Shown: positions 1-8,057 of the stretch, piece after piece
Position numbering within the stretch: position 1 is the first letter of the stretch
Layout of the letters: the number at the start of each line of letters is the position of its first letter
From: Halieaceae bacterium
Lineage (GTDB): Bacteria; Pseudomonadota; Gammaproteobacteria; Pseudomonadales; Halieaceae
Direction: 5' to 3'
Assembly (NCBI GenBank): GCA_039964455.1
Contig: JBDVXK010000010.1
Span: 33,170 to 97,169 of the forward strand
DNA: 64,000 nucleotides
Program-made: the position numbers and the translations under genes
Notes under the pieces: generated by a model
Databases searched by the model: none
Told to the model about the DNA's origin: nothing
Seen by the model: the letters and a program-made list of their open reading frames with translations, nothing else

Positions 1-984
1 CAGGAAACTCGCGAGCCAGCCTCTCTGCGCGTTCTGGCCGAGCAGCTGCTAGCCCAGCCATTCGAGCATGTATCCAGTGCGCGCCGCTGGCAGCGTTTGT
101 GCAACCGTATTGCACGCGATCTGGAGCGCACTGGCGACCTGAACCTGGCCTTGGCACTGTACAGTCGTAGCCAGTTGCATCCAGCACGTGAGCGCAGTGC
201 CCGTGTTCTGGAGGCGCAGGCGCAGTGGCCGTCTGCGATTGAGGTATGTGAGGAGATTCTGGTCGACGCATGGTGCGAAGATGAACAAGCGGCCGCGCAG
301 AGAATGTTGCCTCGCCTGCAACGCAAAGCGGGTTGTGTTGCGACCCCGCGGCCCCGAGATCAGTTCGCTGAACGGCAACTGTTGGTAAACAAGGTCTCAG
401 GGTCGGTAGAGAGAGACACGGCGGCGGTGTTGACCAGTGACTGGTCGCAGGTACGCTATGTGGAAAATAAATTAATGTGCAGTTTGTTTGGACTGGCTTT
501 CTGGGAAGAGATTTTTGCGGCTATCCCCGGTGCTTTTCATAACCCCTACCAAAGCGTGCCTACCGATATGTATGAGCAGGGCTTTAGTCAGCGCCGCCAG
601 GATAATCTCGCCCAGCGACTGCAACATCTCTCGGGAGTCGACTTACCCGCCGAGCTTGGTTCTGCCTACCGAAAATATCGTGATTATCAGTGTCGCTGGA
701 CACATTGGCGAGCGCTCGATGAGGAACTTGTGGAAACGGCGGCGCGCATCATTCCAACCGATCACCTGCTGAGTATTTGGCAGCGAATGCTGTTCGACCC
801 TGGGGAAAATCGTCGCGGTTTTCCCGACCTGATCGCGTTTGGTGAACAACCCGGTGACTACCAGATGATTGAAGTTAAGGGCCCCGGCGATAGCCTGCAG
901 GAAAGTCAAAAACGTTGGCTACGTTTCTTCGCCACCAACAGCATACCGGCCAGCGTTGCCCAGGTGAGGTGGGCGGATGGCTGA
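1..984 (+). CDS. FAN1-like VRR-NUC domain nuclease (5' end truncated by window edge)
   Basis: Frame 1 is open from nt 1, so the TTG at 97 in the ORF track is only the first start-like codon. The C-terminus FPDLIAFG...YQMIEVKGPGDSLQESQKRWLRFF carries the D...E-x-K VRR-NUC catalytic core. The TGA stop at 982-984 overlaps the ATG at 977 of the next gene. Confidence 0.75.
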   Translation, partial: QETREPASLRVLAEQLLAQPFEHVSSARRWQRLCNRIARDLERTGDLNLALALYSRSQLHPARERSARVLEAQAQWPSAIEVCEEILVDAWCEDEQAAAQRMLPRLQRKAGCVATPRPRDQFAERQLLVNKVSGSVERDTAAVLTSDWSQVRYVENKLMCSLFGLAFWEEIFAAIPGAFHNPYQSVPTDMYEQGFSQRRQDNLAQRLQHLSGVDLPAELGSAYRKYRDYQCRWTHWRALDEELVETAARIIPTDHLLSIWQRMLFDPGENRRGFPDLIAFGEQPGDYQMIEVKGPGDSLQESQKRWLRFFATNSIPASVAQVRWADG

Positions 985-3256
985 GTACACCGTGGCGGTC
1001 AAGGCCTTGGCTGAGTTCTGTCATCGCGAGGGTGATATAGATCATAGGTTCACGCCTTCGCCCACCGGTGCGCAGGGCACAGAAGGACACCAGCGCTGCT
1101 ATCGCCGGCGTCCTTCGTCTTACCAGCCCGAGTATCCTGTTGCCCTCGCCCATGATTGCGAAGTTGGGGTGTTGCAGATTCGGGGACGAGCCGATGGTTA
1201 CGATTGCGAGCGCGCCATTGTCGAAGAAATCAAGACCTGCCGCGTCGATCCCGCGCGAATTCCCGCCAGCATCACCCGACTGCACCTTGCCCAGGGCAGG
1301 CTGTATGCAGCCCTGATAGCGCAGCAGGAAGACCTTGCTGGGCTCACTGTACAGCTCACCTGGTTGCAGCTGGATGAAGATACCGAGTATCCGCTGGAGC
1401 AATTTTACACACGCGAAGAGCTTGATCAGTTTCTGCAGCAGACCCTTGCAAGCTATGGCGGCTGGCTGGCGCAACTGACAGAAGGTGTTCGCCTCAGGGA
1501 TCTTGGCCTGGCCTCCATGACGTTTCCATTTGCGGATTTTCGGGCGGGACAGCGACAAATAGCTGAGTTGGTCTACAAGTGCGTCGATCAATCTGGACAA
1601 CTGTTGCTGGAAGCGCCCACGGGCATAGGGAAAACCGCCGCCGTATTGTTTCCAGCGGTCAAGGGTTTGGCCACTGATAAACACGATCGAATTATCTTTA
1701 CCACGGCCAGAGAAGTCGGGCGACGCACCGCCGAAGATACGCTGCGGCACTTCAGCAGTAAGGGTTGGATCGGAAGTAGCCTGACGCTCACCGCACGGGA
1801 CAAAGTGTGTTTTTCGCCGGGCAAAGCTTGCCACAGTGACGACTGTTCATTCGCAAGTGGCTACTACGACAGTTTGCCCGCCGCTCGGGAGGCCGCATTG
1901 GCAACGCGACAATTGAACAGGGAAGCGATCGAGGTGCTGGCCAGAGAGCATGAGATTTGTCCCTACCAACTCGCGCTGGATATGATCGATTGGGTCGATG
2001 TGGTTGTTGCCGACCTGCACTATGTCTATAGCCTGACGGCTGGCCTGACCGAACGGTTAAGCAGCGACCAAAAGCGTTGGACTGTGCTGATTGATGAGGC
2101 GCATAACCTGCCTGGAAGGGCGCGGGACATGTACCGTGCCGGGCTTGCCAAAACGGATTTGATGCACGCCAGGAGCACCACCAGGGGGCCGATTAAATCT
2201 GCACTGGACCGTATCAACCGTGTGCTTTTGACGATACAAAAAGGCCCGTGGCGCGAGACTGAATACGATTGCTCTGACACCATTCCGGAAAAACTGTCGC
2301 TGGCCCTGCAGGATTTCGTCTCTGTCACGGGTGAGGCAATGGCTGCCGACCCTATGGTATTGCAGCGCAATCCCGGCCTGCTCGATTTTTATTTTCAGGT
2401 GCTGCAGTTCCTGCGAGTCGCAGATCAGTGGGGTGAGGAGTTTCGTTTCGAAAAAACTCGCAGCACGGGTAAGCAGAGTCTGCGTTTGACGCTGAACTGT
2501 CTGGACCCCTCACGATTATTATCTGAGCGGCAAGACCATATGCACGCCAGCGTAGCATTTTCAGCGACGCTATCGCCCAGCGACTGGTTGCGCCCTGGCC
2601 TTGGGTACGCCGACACCGCCGTGTGTCGACAGCTGGAGTCGCCTTTCGCTCCGGAACAGCTTGCTGTCAGCGTGGAGACAACTATAGACACGCGCTATAA
2701 GCAGCGGTCAGCGACGCTGGAATCCCTGGCGGCTCGAATCGCCCAGTGGCTGGAGCAGCAACCCGGGAACTGTATAGTTTACTTTCCTTCTTACCGGTAT
2801 CTGCAGGACTGCCTGTCGCTCCTTCAGTCTAACGAGGAACTGTCCGCCGGCCGCACCTTATGGGTACAGGGGGCTTCAGCCGACCCGGGCGAAAGAGAGG
2901 CTTTGCTGCCACTCTTGCAAGAGCGGCGGGACGTGGCGGCGTTTTGCATGCTGGGCGGTATTTTTGGGGAAGGTGTGGATCTGCCTGGCGATGCCTTGGC
3001 ATCGGTGGTCGTGGTAGGTGTAGGATTGCCGCAAGTTAACCGGCAAACGGAGCAACTGAGAGAGCACTATCAGGCGGTGTACAAGCGGGGTTTCGAGTTT
3101 TCTTACCTGTATCCCGGCCTGCAGAAAGTGAACCAGGCCCTGGGCAGGGTAGTACGCGGGACCGACGACAGTGGCCATGCCTTGCTTATTGATAATCGCT
3201 ATGCCCACCAGGAGTACCGCAGTTTACTGGCACCCTGGTGGCTGTATCTTGAATAG
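977..3256 (+). CDS. ATP-dependent DNA helicase, XPD/DinG (FeS) family, with N-terminal RecB-type PD-(D/E)xK nuclease domain
   Basis: 759-aa ORF with Walker A LLEAPTGIGKT and DEAH box VLIDEAHNL. Four Cys lie between them (C-x6-C-x4-C ... ICPYQ), as in FeS helicases. The first ~110 aa carry nuclease motifs GRADGY, VEEIKT and QGRLY. An 8-nt overlap (ATGGCTGA) links it to the upstream gene. Confidence 0.8.
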   Translation: MAEYTVAVKALAEFCHREGDIDHRFTPSPTGAQGTEGHQRCYRRRPSSYQPEYPVALAHDCEVGVLQIRGRADGYDCERAIVEEIKTCRVDPARIPASITRLHLAQGRLYAALIAQQEDLAGLTVQLTWLQLDEDTEYPLEQFYTREELDQFLQQTLASYGGWLAQLTEGVRLRDLGLASMTFPFADFRAGQRQIAELVYKCVDQSGQLLLEAPTGIGKTAAVLFPAVKGLATDKHDRIIFTTAREVGRRTAEDTLRHFSSKGWIGSSLTLTARDKVCFSPGKACHSDDCSFASGYYDSLPAAREAALATRQLNREAIEVLAREHEICPYQLALDMIDWVDVVVADLHYVYSLTAGLTERLSSDQKRWTVLIDEAHNLPGRARDMYRAGLAKTDLMHARSTTRGPIKSALDRINRVLLTIQKGPWRETEYDCSDTIPEKLSLALQDFVSVTGEAMAADPMVLQRNPGLLDFYFQVLQFLRVADQWGEEFRFEKTRSTGKQSLRLTLNCLDPSRLLSERQDHMHASVAFSATLSPSDWLRPGLGYADTAVCRQLESPFAPEQLAVSVETTIDTRYKQRSATLESLAARIAQWLEQQPGNCIVYFPSYRYLQDCLSLLQSNEELSAGRTLWVQGASADPGEREALLPLLQERRDVAAFCMLGGIFGEGVDLPGDALASVVVVGVGLPQVNRQTEQLREHYQAVYKRGFEFSYLYPGLQKVNQALGRVVRGTDDSGHALLIDNRYAHQEYRSLLAPWWLYLE

Positions 3257-3258
3257 CT

Positions 3259-3284
3259 CCTGTGCGCTGTCCAGCGCAGGTTTT
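3259..3284. terminator. Hairpin between convergent helicase and CFA-synthase-like genes (possible bidirectional terminator)
   Basis: CCTGTGCGCTG-TCCA-GCGCAGG stem-loop followed by TTTT on the + strand. It sits 3 nt after the helicase stop and 3 nt before the minus-strand stop. Confidence 0.4.
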
Positions 3285-3286
3285 AG

Positions 3287-4543
3287 CTAGAACCGGTAAC
3301 CGGGCTTGGCGAACGCTAACTGCGCGGTGCTGATGATGCGCTCACGGAAACCGCCTTCGCAGTAGCAGAGATAAAACTCCCACATGCGTACGAAGCGTTC
3401 GTCAAAGCCCATCTGTTCGACCTCGTCCAGCCGATTCATGAAGCGGCTACGCCAGTCAGCCAGCGTTTGCGCATAGTCCATAGTGATGTCGCGCAGATGG
3501 ACGATCTGCATATCAGTGTTTTCTGCGATGTGATTGGCAATCACGCTCACCGAAGGCAGGCAGCCACCCGGGAAGATATACCGTTTGATGTAGTCGACTG
3601 TATCTTTTGCTCGATCGTATCGCTGGTCGGCCATGGTGATTGCCTGTATCACCATCTTGCCGTGGGGCTTAAGCAACGCGCTGCAGCATTCAAAGTAATT
3701 AGCGTAGAACTGATGACCCACCGCTTCGATCATTTCGATGGAAACAAGTTTGTCGTAGGTGCCTGTCAGGTTGCGATAGTCCTCACACAGTACAGTGACC
3801 TTGTCTTCCAGTCCCAGTGATTTAACCCTCTGGGAAGCGAATTCGAATTGCTCCTGTGAAATCGTTGTTGTGGTGACGTTGCAGCCATAGTTGGTGGCTG
3901 CATGGATTGCCATGCCGCCCCAGCCCGTGCCTATTTCTACCAGATGATCCTCGCTGGACAATTCCAGTTGGCGACAGATTTCATCCAGTTTCTCAACCGC
4001 CGCGTCTTCCAGCCTTGTGGCTTGCGGAGTATAGATGGCAGATGAATACATCATCGTATCGTCCAGGAACAAGCGGAAAAAATCGTTGCCCAGGTCGTAG
4101 TGGGCCGAAATGTTTTTGCGTGAGCCTTCCCGGGTGTTTTTGTTCATACCATGAGCCAACTTCAGGCCCAGTTTTACATACCAGTTTTGCCTGCTCTCCA
4201 TGGTTTCCATGGTGCTCATATTGGCGCTGAACAGGCGGGTAACTTCAGTCAGGTCCGGTGAAGACCAATCTCCATCGATGTAGGCCTCGCCCGATGCGAT
4301 GGTGCCACCGGTCAAAACCTTGCCATATACACGTTGGTTGTGAACATGAACCTGTGCCTGGGGCTCGCCCGGCTGTCCGGGATTGCCAAAGTGATGAACG
4401 TCATTGCCGTCGTTTATGATCAGGCTGCCAACAGCGATATTGTCTAGCACCTTCAACAGAAGCCTGCGCGACAGATTCTCGCTGGACCACAGGCGTCTGG
4501 CCTGGGGCAGTAACTGAATCCGGTTGACACTCATATTGCTCAT
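3287..4543 (-). CDS. Cyclopropane-fatty-acyl-phospholipid synthase family SAM-dependent methyltransferase (UfaM/CfaS-like)
   Basis: 418-aa ORF with family-typical segments HYDLGNDFF, SAM-binding LVEIGTGWGG and YDKLVSIEMIEAVGH. It is the last gene of a tightly packed 3-gene minus-strand operon. Confidence 0.85.
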   Translation of the reverse strand: MSNMSVNRIQLLPQARRLWSSENLSRRLLLKVLDNIAVGSLIINDGNDVHHFGNPGQPGEPQAQVHVHNQRVYGKVLTGGTIASGEAYIDGDWSSPDLTEVTRLFSANMSTMETMESRQNWYVKLGLKLAHGMNKNTREGSRKNISAHYDLGNDFFRLFLDDTMMYSSAIYTPQATRLEDAAVEKLDEICRQLELSSEDHLVEIGTGWGGMAIHAATNYGCNVTTTTISQEQFEFASQRVKSLGLEDKVTVLCEDYRNLTGTYDKLVSIEMIEAVGHQFYANYFECCSALLKPHGKMVIQAITMADQRYDRAKDTVDYIKRYIFPGGCLPSVSVIANHIAENTDMQIVHLRDITMDYAQTLADWRSRFMNRLDEVEQMGFDERFVRMWEFYLCYCEGGFRERIISTAQLAFAKPGYRF

Positions 4544-4544
4544 T

Positions 4545-5300
4545 TCATGCTCCAGTAGGTCTTGTTCCGGGGTGTGGATGAAAAGGTATGCGTTTGAAGA
4601 ACAGTCGTAAAGCCTGCCAGTAAATAGCCAGCGCGACCTTGGCTGTCATCAGTGGGTAGCGCAGAAGGATTAGATTCAAGGCACCACGGGTCATAGGCTC
4701 TGCAGACAGAGAAAGGCTGGCATCGAATACCTTGCCTTCATCCGTAAGGGTATCCATATGCAGAATCAGCCGCTTGTCCGGGGTACTGCTGCGCCATTTG
4801 TAGCGCATGGCCATGGGGTTGAAAGGGGATACATGAAACTGCTTGGCGAACTCGGTGTTCAACCAGCGACCGCTGTCCGGCCCTCGCAGCACGTAGCTGT
4901 GCCGCTCATTCCATGGAGTGTTGTTGACCTCGGCGACCAAAAACTCCAATGCGCTCTCGTCATCGTTGTAACAGTAGTAACAGGCAATGGGATTAATCTG
5001 GAAACCGAAATAACGCATGTTGGCGAGCAGGTAGATGGGGCCTGTGTGCTCATCGCCGGTTTCCTCACGAATCCGTCTGCGCACCTCGTCTTTAAGGGGT
5101 TTTTCCGGATCGCCCAGAAAATCGCTGCGCTTGAAGCGCGCCAGAGCGGGCCTGGTTGCCGACCATAGCCAGCTTTTTGCGAACAGTTCGGGCAATTCAT
5201 CCAGACAGATAAAAGGCATGAAAACACTGTAGCTAAAGCTGTGCGGTCTGGGTAAGTGGCGGCGATGTCTCAGCCGGCCTGAATAAATCCTGGACTTCAT
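4545..5300 (-). CDS. DUF1365 family protein
   Basis: 251-aa ORF. The N-terminus SRIYSGRLRHRRHLPRPHSFSYSVFM resembles DUF1365 proteins found next to CFA-synthase-like genes. It overlaps the upstream gene by 4 nt and is separated from the downstream gene by 1 nt. Confidence 0.75.
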   Translation of the reverse strand: MKSRIYSGRLRHRRHLPRPHSFSYSVFMPFICLDELPELFAKSWLWSATRPALARFKRSDFLGDPEKPLKDEVRRRIREETGDEHTGPIYLLANMRYFGFQINPIACYYCYNDDESALEFLVAEVNNTPWNERHSYVLRGPDSGRWLNTEFAKQFHVSPFNPMAMRYKWRSSTPDKRLILHMDTLTDEGKVFDASLSLSAEPMTRGALNLILLRYPLMTAKVALAIYWQALRLFFKRIPFHPHPGTRPTGA

Positions 5301-6568
5301 GCGGCGACCCGGTTGACTCCGTCTGTCTGGTTGAGAGCTCGCGCCACGCGTAGAGCACTCACCACGCCATCCTCATGAAAGCCATTGTGCCAGTAGGCTC
5401 CACAGTACCAGGTGTCGCGTGCACCATTGATCTCCTGCCAGCGCTCCTGAGCGGCCACGCCCGCCAGTGAAAACACCGGGTGATCATAGTTAAAGCTTCC
5501 CAGGATCTTGTCAGGATTGATGGCAGTGGTGTCATTCAAGGTCACGCAAAAAGTCTCCGGAGCCTCTATGCCCTGCAGGATATTCATATTGTAGGTGACA
5601 ACTGCGCGATCTTCACCGCGACCGAGTCTGTAGTTCCAGCTGGACCAGGTTTTGCGATTGGTGGGCAGCATTTTTTGATCAGTATGCAGCACGACCTCAT
5701 TTGATTGGTAGGGCAAGGCGCCAAGAATATCCCTTTCACCGTCGGAGGGGTCGGCAAGCATTGCCAGGGCCTGGTCGGAGTGAGAGGCGATGACTACCTG
5801 GTCAAAGTCGAACGTGCGGCCATCAGCCAGAGTCAGGGTGACGCCACCCTCAGCATGGCGGGTAATCGCGCTGACCTGGGCGTTGGTGTGGATACGCTCC
5901 TCAAAGCGCTGGATTAAGGGCCGTATATATTCCCGTGATCCGCCCTCAATAACGCGCCATTGGGGGCGGTTTTTTACAGACAAAAGACCGTGATTTTTGA
6001 AAAATCGGATAAAAAAGCTGACTGGAAATGCCATCATGGTCTGGCAATCTGCTGACCATATAGCACTGCCCATGGCTATAAGGTAGTCACGCTTGAAACT
6101 CTCGCTGTAGCCGTTGCGCTGCAGGTAGCTTCCCAGTGTTTCGTCTTCTGTCAGTGTGCCTGACTCAAGGTCGGCGATGGCCTCTTTGTTGAAGCGCAGT
6201 ATACCGCGCACCATAGACAGGAATTTGGGCGATACCAGGTTGCTGCGCTGCGCAAACAGGGTGTTGAGGTTGGTGCCAGAATACTCCAGCCCACTGTCGT
6301 GGTCGTGGACGCTGAATCCCATCGCTGTGGGCTTGCTGGAAACTCCCAATTCGTCCATCAGCGCAATAAAATTGGGGTAGGTCCAGTCATTGAAGACGAT
6401 GAACCCGGTATCGATCGCGTAGCGTCGTGTTCCCAGCTTGACGTCGACAGTTGCCGTATGGCCGCCGATTTTGGCACCTGCCTCAAAAACGCTGACCTCG
6501 TGATTGGGGCTGAGGTAGTGAGCGCAGGCTAACCCTGAGATTCCTGATCCGATAACGGCTATGTTCAC
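5297..6568 (-). CDS. FAD/NAD(P)-binding amine-oxidase/desaturase-like oxidoreductase
   Basis: 423-aa ORF with N-terminal Rossmann motif IAVIGSGISGLACA. GTG start at 6568 with GGAG 9 nt upstream. First gene of the operon divergent from the ECF sigma gene. Confidence 0.85.
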   Translation of the reverse strand: MNIAVIGSGISGLACAHYLSPNHEVSVFEAGAKIGGHTATVDVKLGTRRYAIDTGFIVFNDWTYPNFIALMDELGVSSKPTAMGFSVHDHDSGLEYSGTNLNTLFAQRSNLVSPKFLSMVRGILRFNKEAIADLESGTLTEDETLGSYLQRNGYSESFKRDYLIAMGSAIWSADCQTMMAFPVSFFIRFFKNHGLLSVKNRPQWRVIEGGSREYIRPLIQRFEERIHTNAQVSAITRHAEGGVTLTLADGRTFDFDQVVIASHSDQALAMLADPSDGERDILGALPYQSNEVVLHTDQKMLPTNRKTWSSWNYRLGRGEDRAVVTYNMNILQGIEAPETFCVTLNDTTAINPDKILGSFNYDHPVFSLAGVAAQERWQEINGARDTWYCGAYWHNGFHEDGVVSALRVARALNQTDGVNRVAA

Positions 6569-6571
6569 GTA
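6545..6571 (+). promoter_or_regulatory. Distal ECF-type promoter-like motif TGATCC-N17-CGTA (inside the 5' end of the divergent gene)
   Basis: TGATCC at 6545-6550, a 17-nt spacer, then CGTA at 6568-6571. The CGTA overlaps the GTG start codon of the oxidoreductase on the opposite strand. Confidence 0.35.
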
Positions 6572-6628
6572 TTGACTCTCCGATGGCGAATGTTGCAGTG
6601 CAGCATTTTGTCGATTATATGTCCAAAT

Positions 6629-6654
6629 TACGCCCCGGGGGTGGCAACGGATCA
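6629..6654 (-). promoter_or_regulatory. ECF (RpoE/ChrR-type) promoter for the oxidoreductase/DUF1365/CFA-synthase-like operon
   Basis: On the minus strand: TGATCC at 6654-6649, a 16-nt spacer, then CGTA at 6632-6629, about 60 nt upstream of the GTG at 6568. Confidence 0.6.
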
Positions 6655-6668
6655 GCTATGAGGTTTAT

Positions 6669-6695
6669 TGATCCAAACTCGCCGGCAGTGACGTA
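6669..6695 (+). promoter_or_regulatory. Autoregulatory ECF (RpoE/ChrR-type) promoter for the sigma/anti-sigma operon
   Basis: TGATCC at 6669-6674, a 17-nt spacer, then CGTA at 6692-6695, about 30 nt upstream of the ATG at 6727. Confidence 0.6.
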
Positions 6696-6726
6696 TACTC
6701 TTGTAATCCAAAGAAAGCGCAGGAAT

Positions 6727-7335
6727 ATGGCAGTGACGGAGAGTACGGGCGGGGAAAAAAGCAGTTGGGATGTTCCGACCGGTCGCAGGACCGATGAGTG
6801 GAGCGAATGCCTGACGTTGATCGCCGAAAATCAGGACAGGGCAGCGTTTACGCGGTTTTTCCGCCACTTTGCGCCGCTGATCAAGGCCTTTGCCTTGTCG
6901 GGGTCGACGATGTCGCAGATGCACGCCGACGAACTGGTGCAGGAAGTGATGTTGAAGACCTGGCAGAAAGCTAAGGCTTTTAACCCTGAGAAGGCGGCGG
7001 CAAGTACGTGGGTATACACGATTGCTCGGAATTGCCGTACGGACATGTTCCGGCGGCTGCAGAAGTTTGATACACCGTTGGCGGCTGAGGATTTTACCCC
7101 CGAGACGGACAGCGAAGAACCATTTTCGATACTGCAGAGCAAGCGTAGTAGCGACAAGATACGTGAGTTGATGGCCGGGCTTCCAACGGATCAGGCCCAG
7201 ATTCTTGCGAAAGTGTATATGGAGGGCAAGTCTCACGCTGAGGCTGCCGCAGAGTTGGATCTCCCCCTGGGGACGGTGAAATCCCGTGTCAGGCTGGCAA
7301 TCCAAAAGCTACAAATTCAGATAGAAAGACAGTGA
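6727..7335 (+). CDS. ECF RNA polymerase sigma factor (ChrR-partnered, RpoE/ECF11-like)
   Basis: Region 2 (ELVQEVMLKTWQKA, WVYTIARNCRTDMFRR) and region 4.2 (LPTDQAQILAKVYMEGKSHAEAAAELDLPLGTVKSRVRLA) are present. I moved the start from ATG 6583 to ATG 6727 (203 aa) because the extension has no sigma-like sequence and contains the proximal promoter motif. Confidence 0.85.
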   Translation: MAVTESTGGEKSSWDVPTGRRTDEWSECLTLIAENQDRAAFTRFFRHFAPLIKAFALSGSTMSQMHADELVQEVMLKTWQKAKAFNPEKAAASTWVYTIARNCRTDMFRRLQKFDTPLAAEDFTPETDSEEPFSILQSKRSSDKIRELMAGLPTDQAQILAKVYMEGKSHAEAAAELDLPLGTVKSRVRLAIQKLQIQIERQ

Positions 7336-7997
7336 CGATTATGACGAAATTTCACCCGGAATTACATTTATTAACCGAGTATGCCGCAGGCGATCTGCCG
7401 TTGGCGCAATCGGCCTGCGTTTCAGCACATATGCATTACTGCGATCAGTGCAGGCGAGCTGTAGGGCAGCTGCAGGATCTTGGTGGTGTGTTGCTTGAGC
7501 AACTCAACCCTGAGCCTGTCGGTGATGCCATGCTGGACGCCGTATTGGCCAGGCTCGATGAAGAGCCGCCTCTCATGTATGCGCAAACCGAGGAAGTTGC
7601 CGTCAGTCGTACGCCGGCAATCCTGCGCCGCCTGATGAGCGGCGATTTCAGCGACCTGTCGTGGAAGAAAGTGTCCAAAGCACTCAGTATCAGCTACCTG
7701 AAGACAGGTGATAGCGGCTATGAGTTCGCGCTTTATCACATCAAGGCTGGCGGCCGGATTCCTGATCACGACCACCGCGGTTCCGAGATGACCCTGATTT
7801 TGCAGGGCGGCTTTTCTGACGCCAACGGCAGCTATCATGTGGGTGATTTTATCTACCGGGAAACTGACGATACTCACGCACCAACGGCGCTGCAGTCTGA
7901 AGACTGTATTTGCCTGGCTGTACTGGATGCGCCCTTGAAGTTCACAGGCTGGAAGCATCGCTGGATGAATCCTTTCCTGCGCCTGCAGGCTGGCTAA
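7332..7997 (+). CDS. chrR: Anti-sigma factor ChrR (zinc-binding ZAS domain plus C-terminal cupin)
   Basis: H-x3-C-x2-C zinc motif (SAHMHYCDQC) plus N-terminal His residues, and a cupin motif GGRIPDHDHRGSEMTLILQG. GTG 7332 overlaps the sigma stop (GTGA). ATG 7341 is an alternative start. Confidence 0.85.
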   Translation: MTIMTKFHPELHLLTEYAAGDLPLAQSACVSAHMHYCDQCRRAVGQLQDLGGVLLEQLNPEPVGDAMLDAVLARLDEEPPLMYAQTEEVAVSRTPAILRRLMSGDFSDLSWKKVSKALSISYLKTGDSGYEFALYHIKAGGRIPDHDHRGSEMTLILQGGFSDANGSYHVGDFIYRETDDTHAPTALQSEDCICLAVLDAPLKFTGWKHRWMNPFLRLQAG

Positions 7998-8025
7998 GCC
8001 CCGCAGAACCCGGAAAGACCTCAAG

Positions 8026-8057
8026 AGCCTCGCTGGAATTTTCAGCGGGGCTTTTTT
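8026..8057 (+). terminator. Rho-independent terminator after chrR
   Basis: 10-bp stem AGCCTCGCTG / CAGCGGGGCT (one G-U pair), a 7-nt loop, then TTTTTT at 8052-8057. Confidence 0.7.

Noticed and set aside
875-1834. 319-aa ORF on the minus strand
   Set aside because: It is entirely antisense to the FAN1-like and helicase genes. Its composition is Arg/Gly/Ala/Pro-rich, as expected for a shadow frame in GC-rich coding DNA, and it has no recognisable motifs.
6583-6726. 48-codon N-terminal extension of the ECF sigma ORF (ATG 6583)
   Set aside because: The extension has no sigma-like sequence. It spans the divergent operon's promoter and the proximal sigma promoter. ATG 6727 gives a typical ~200-aa ECF sigma. 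The distal promoter motif at 6545-6571 keeps a small doubt alive (see findings).
6652-8024. 217-aa and 200-aa minus-strand ORFs (6652-7305 and 7422-8024)
   Set aside because: They are antisense shadows of the sigma and chrR genes and have no motifs. The plus-strand genes carry clear family signatures.
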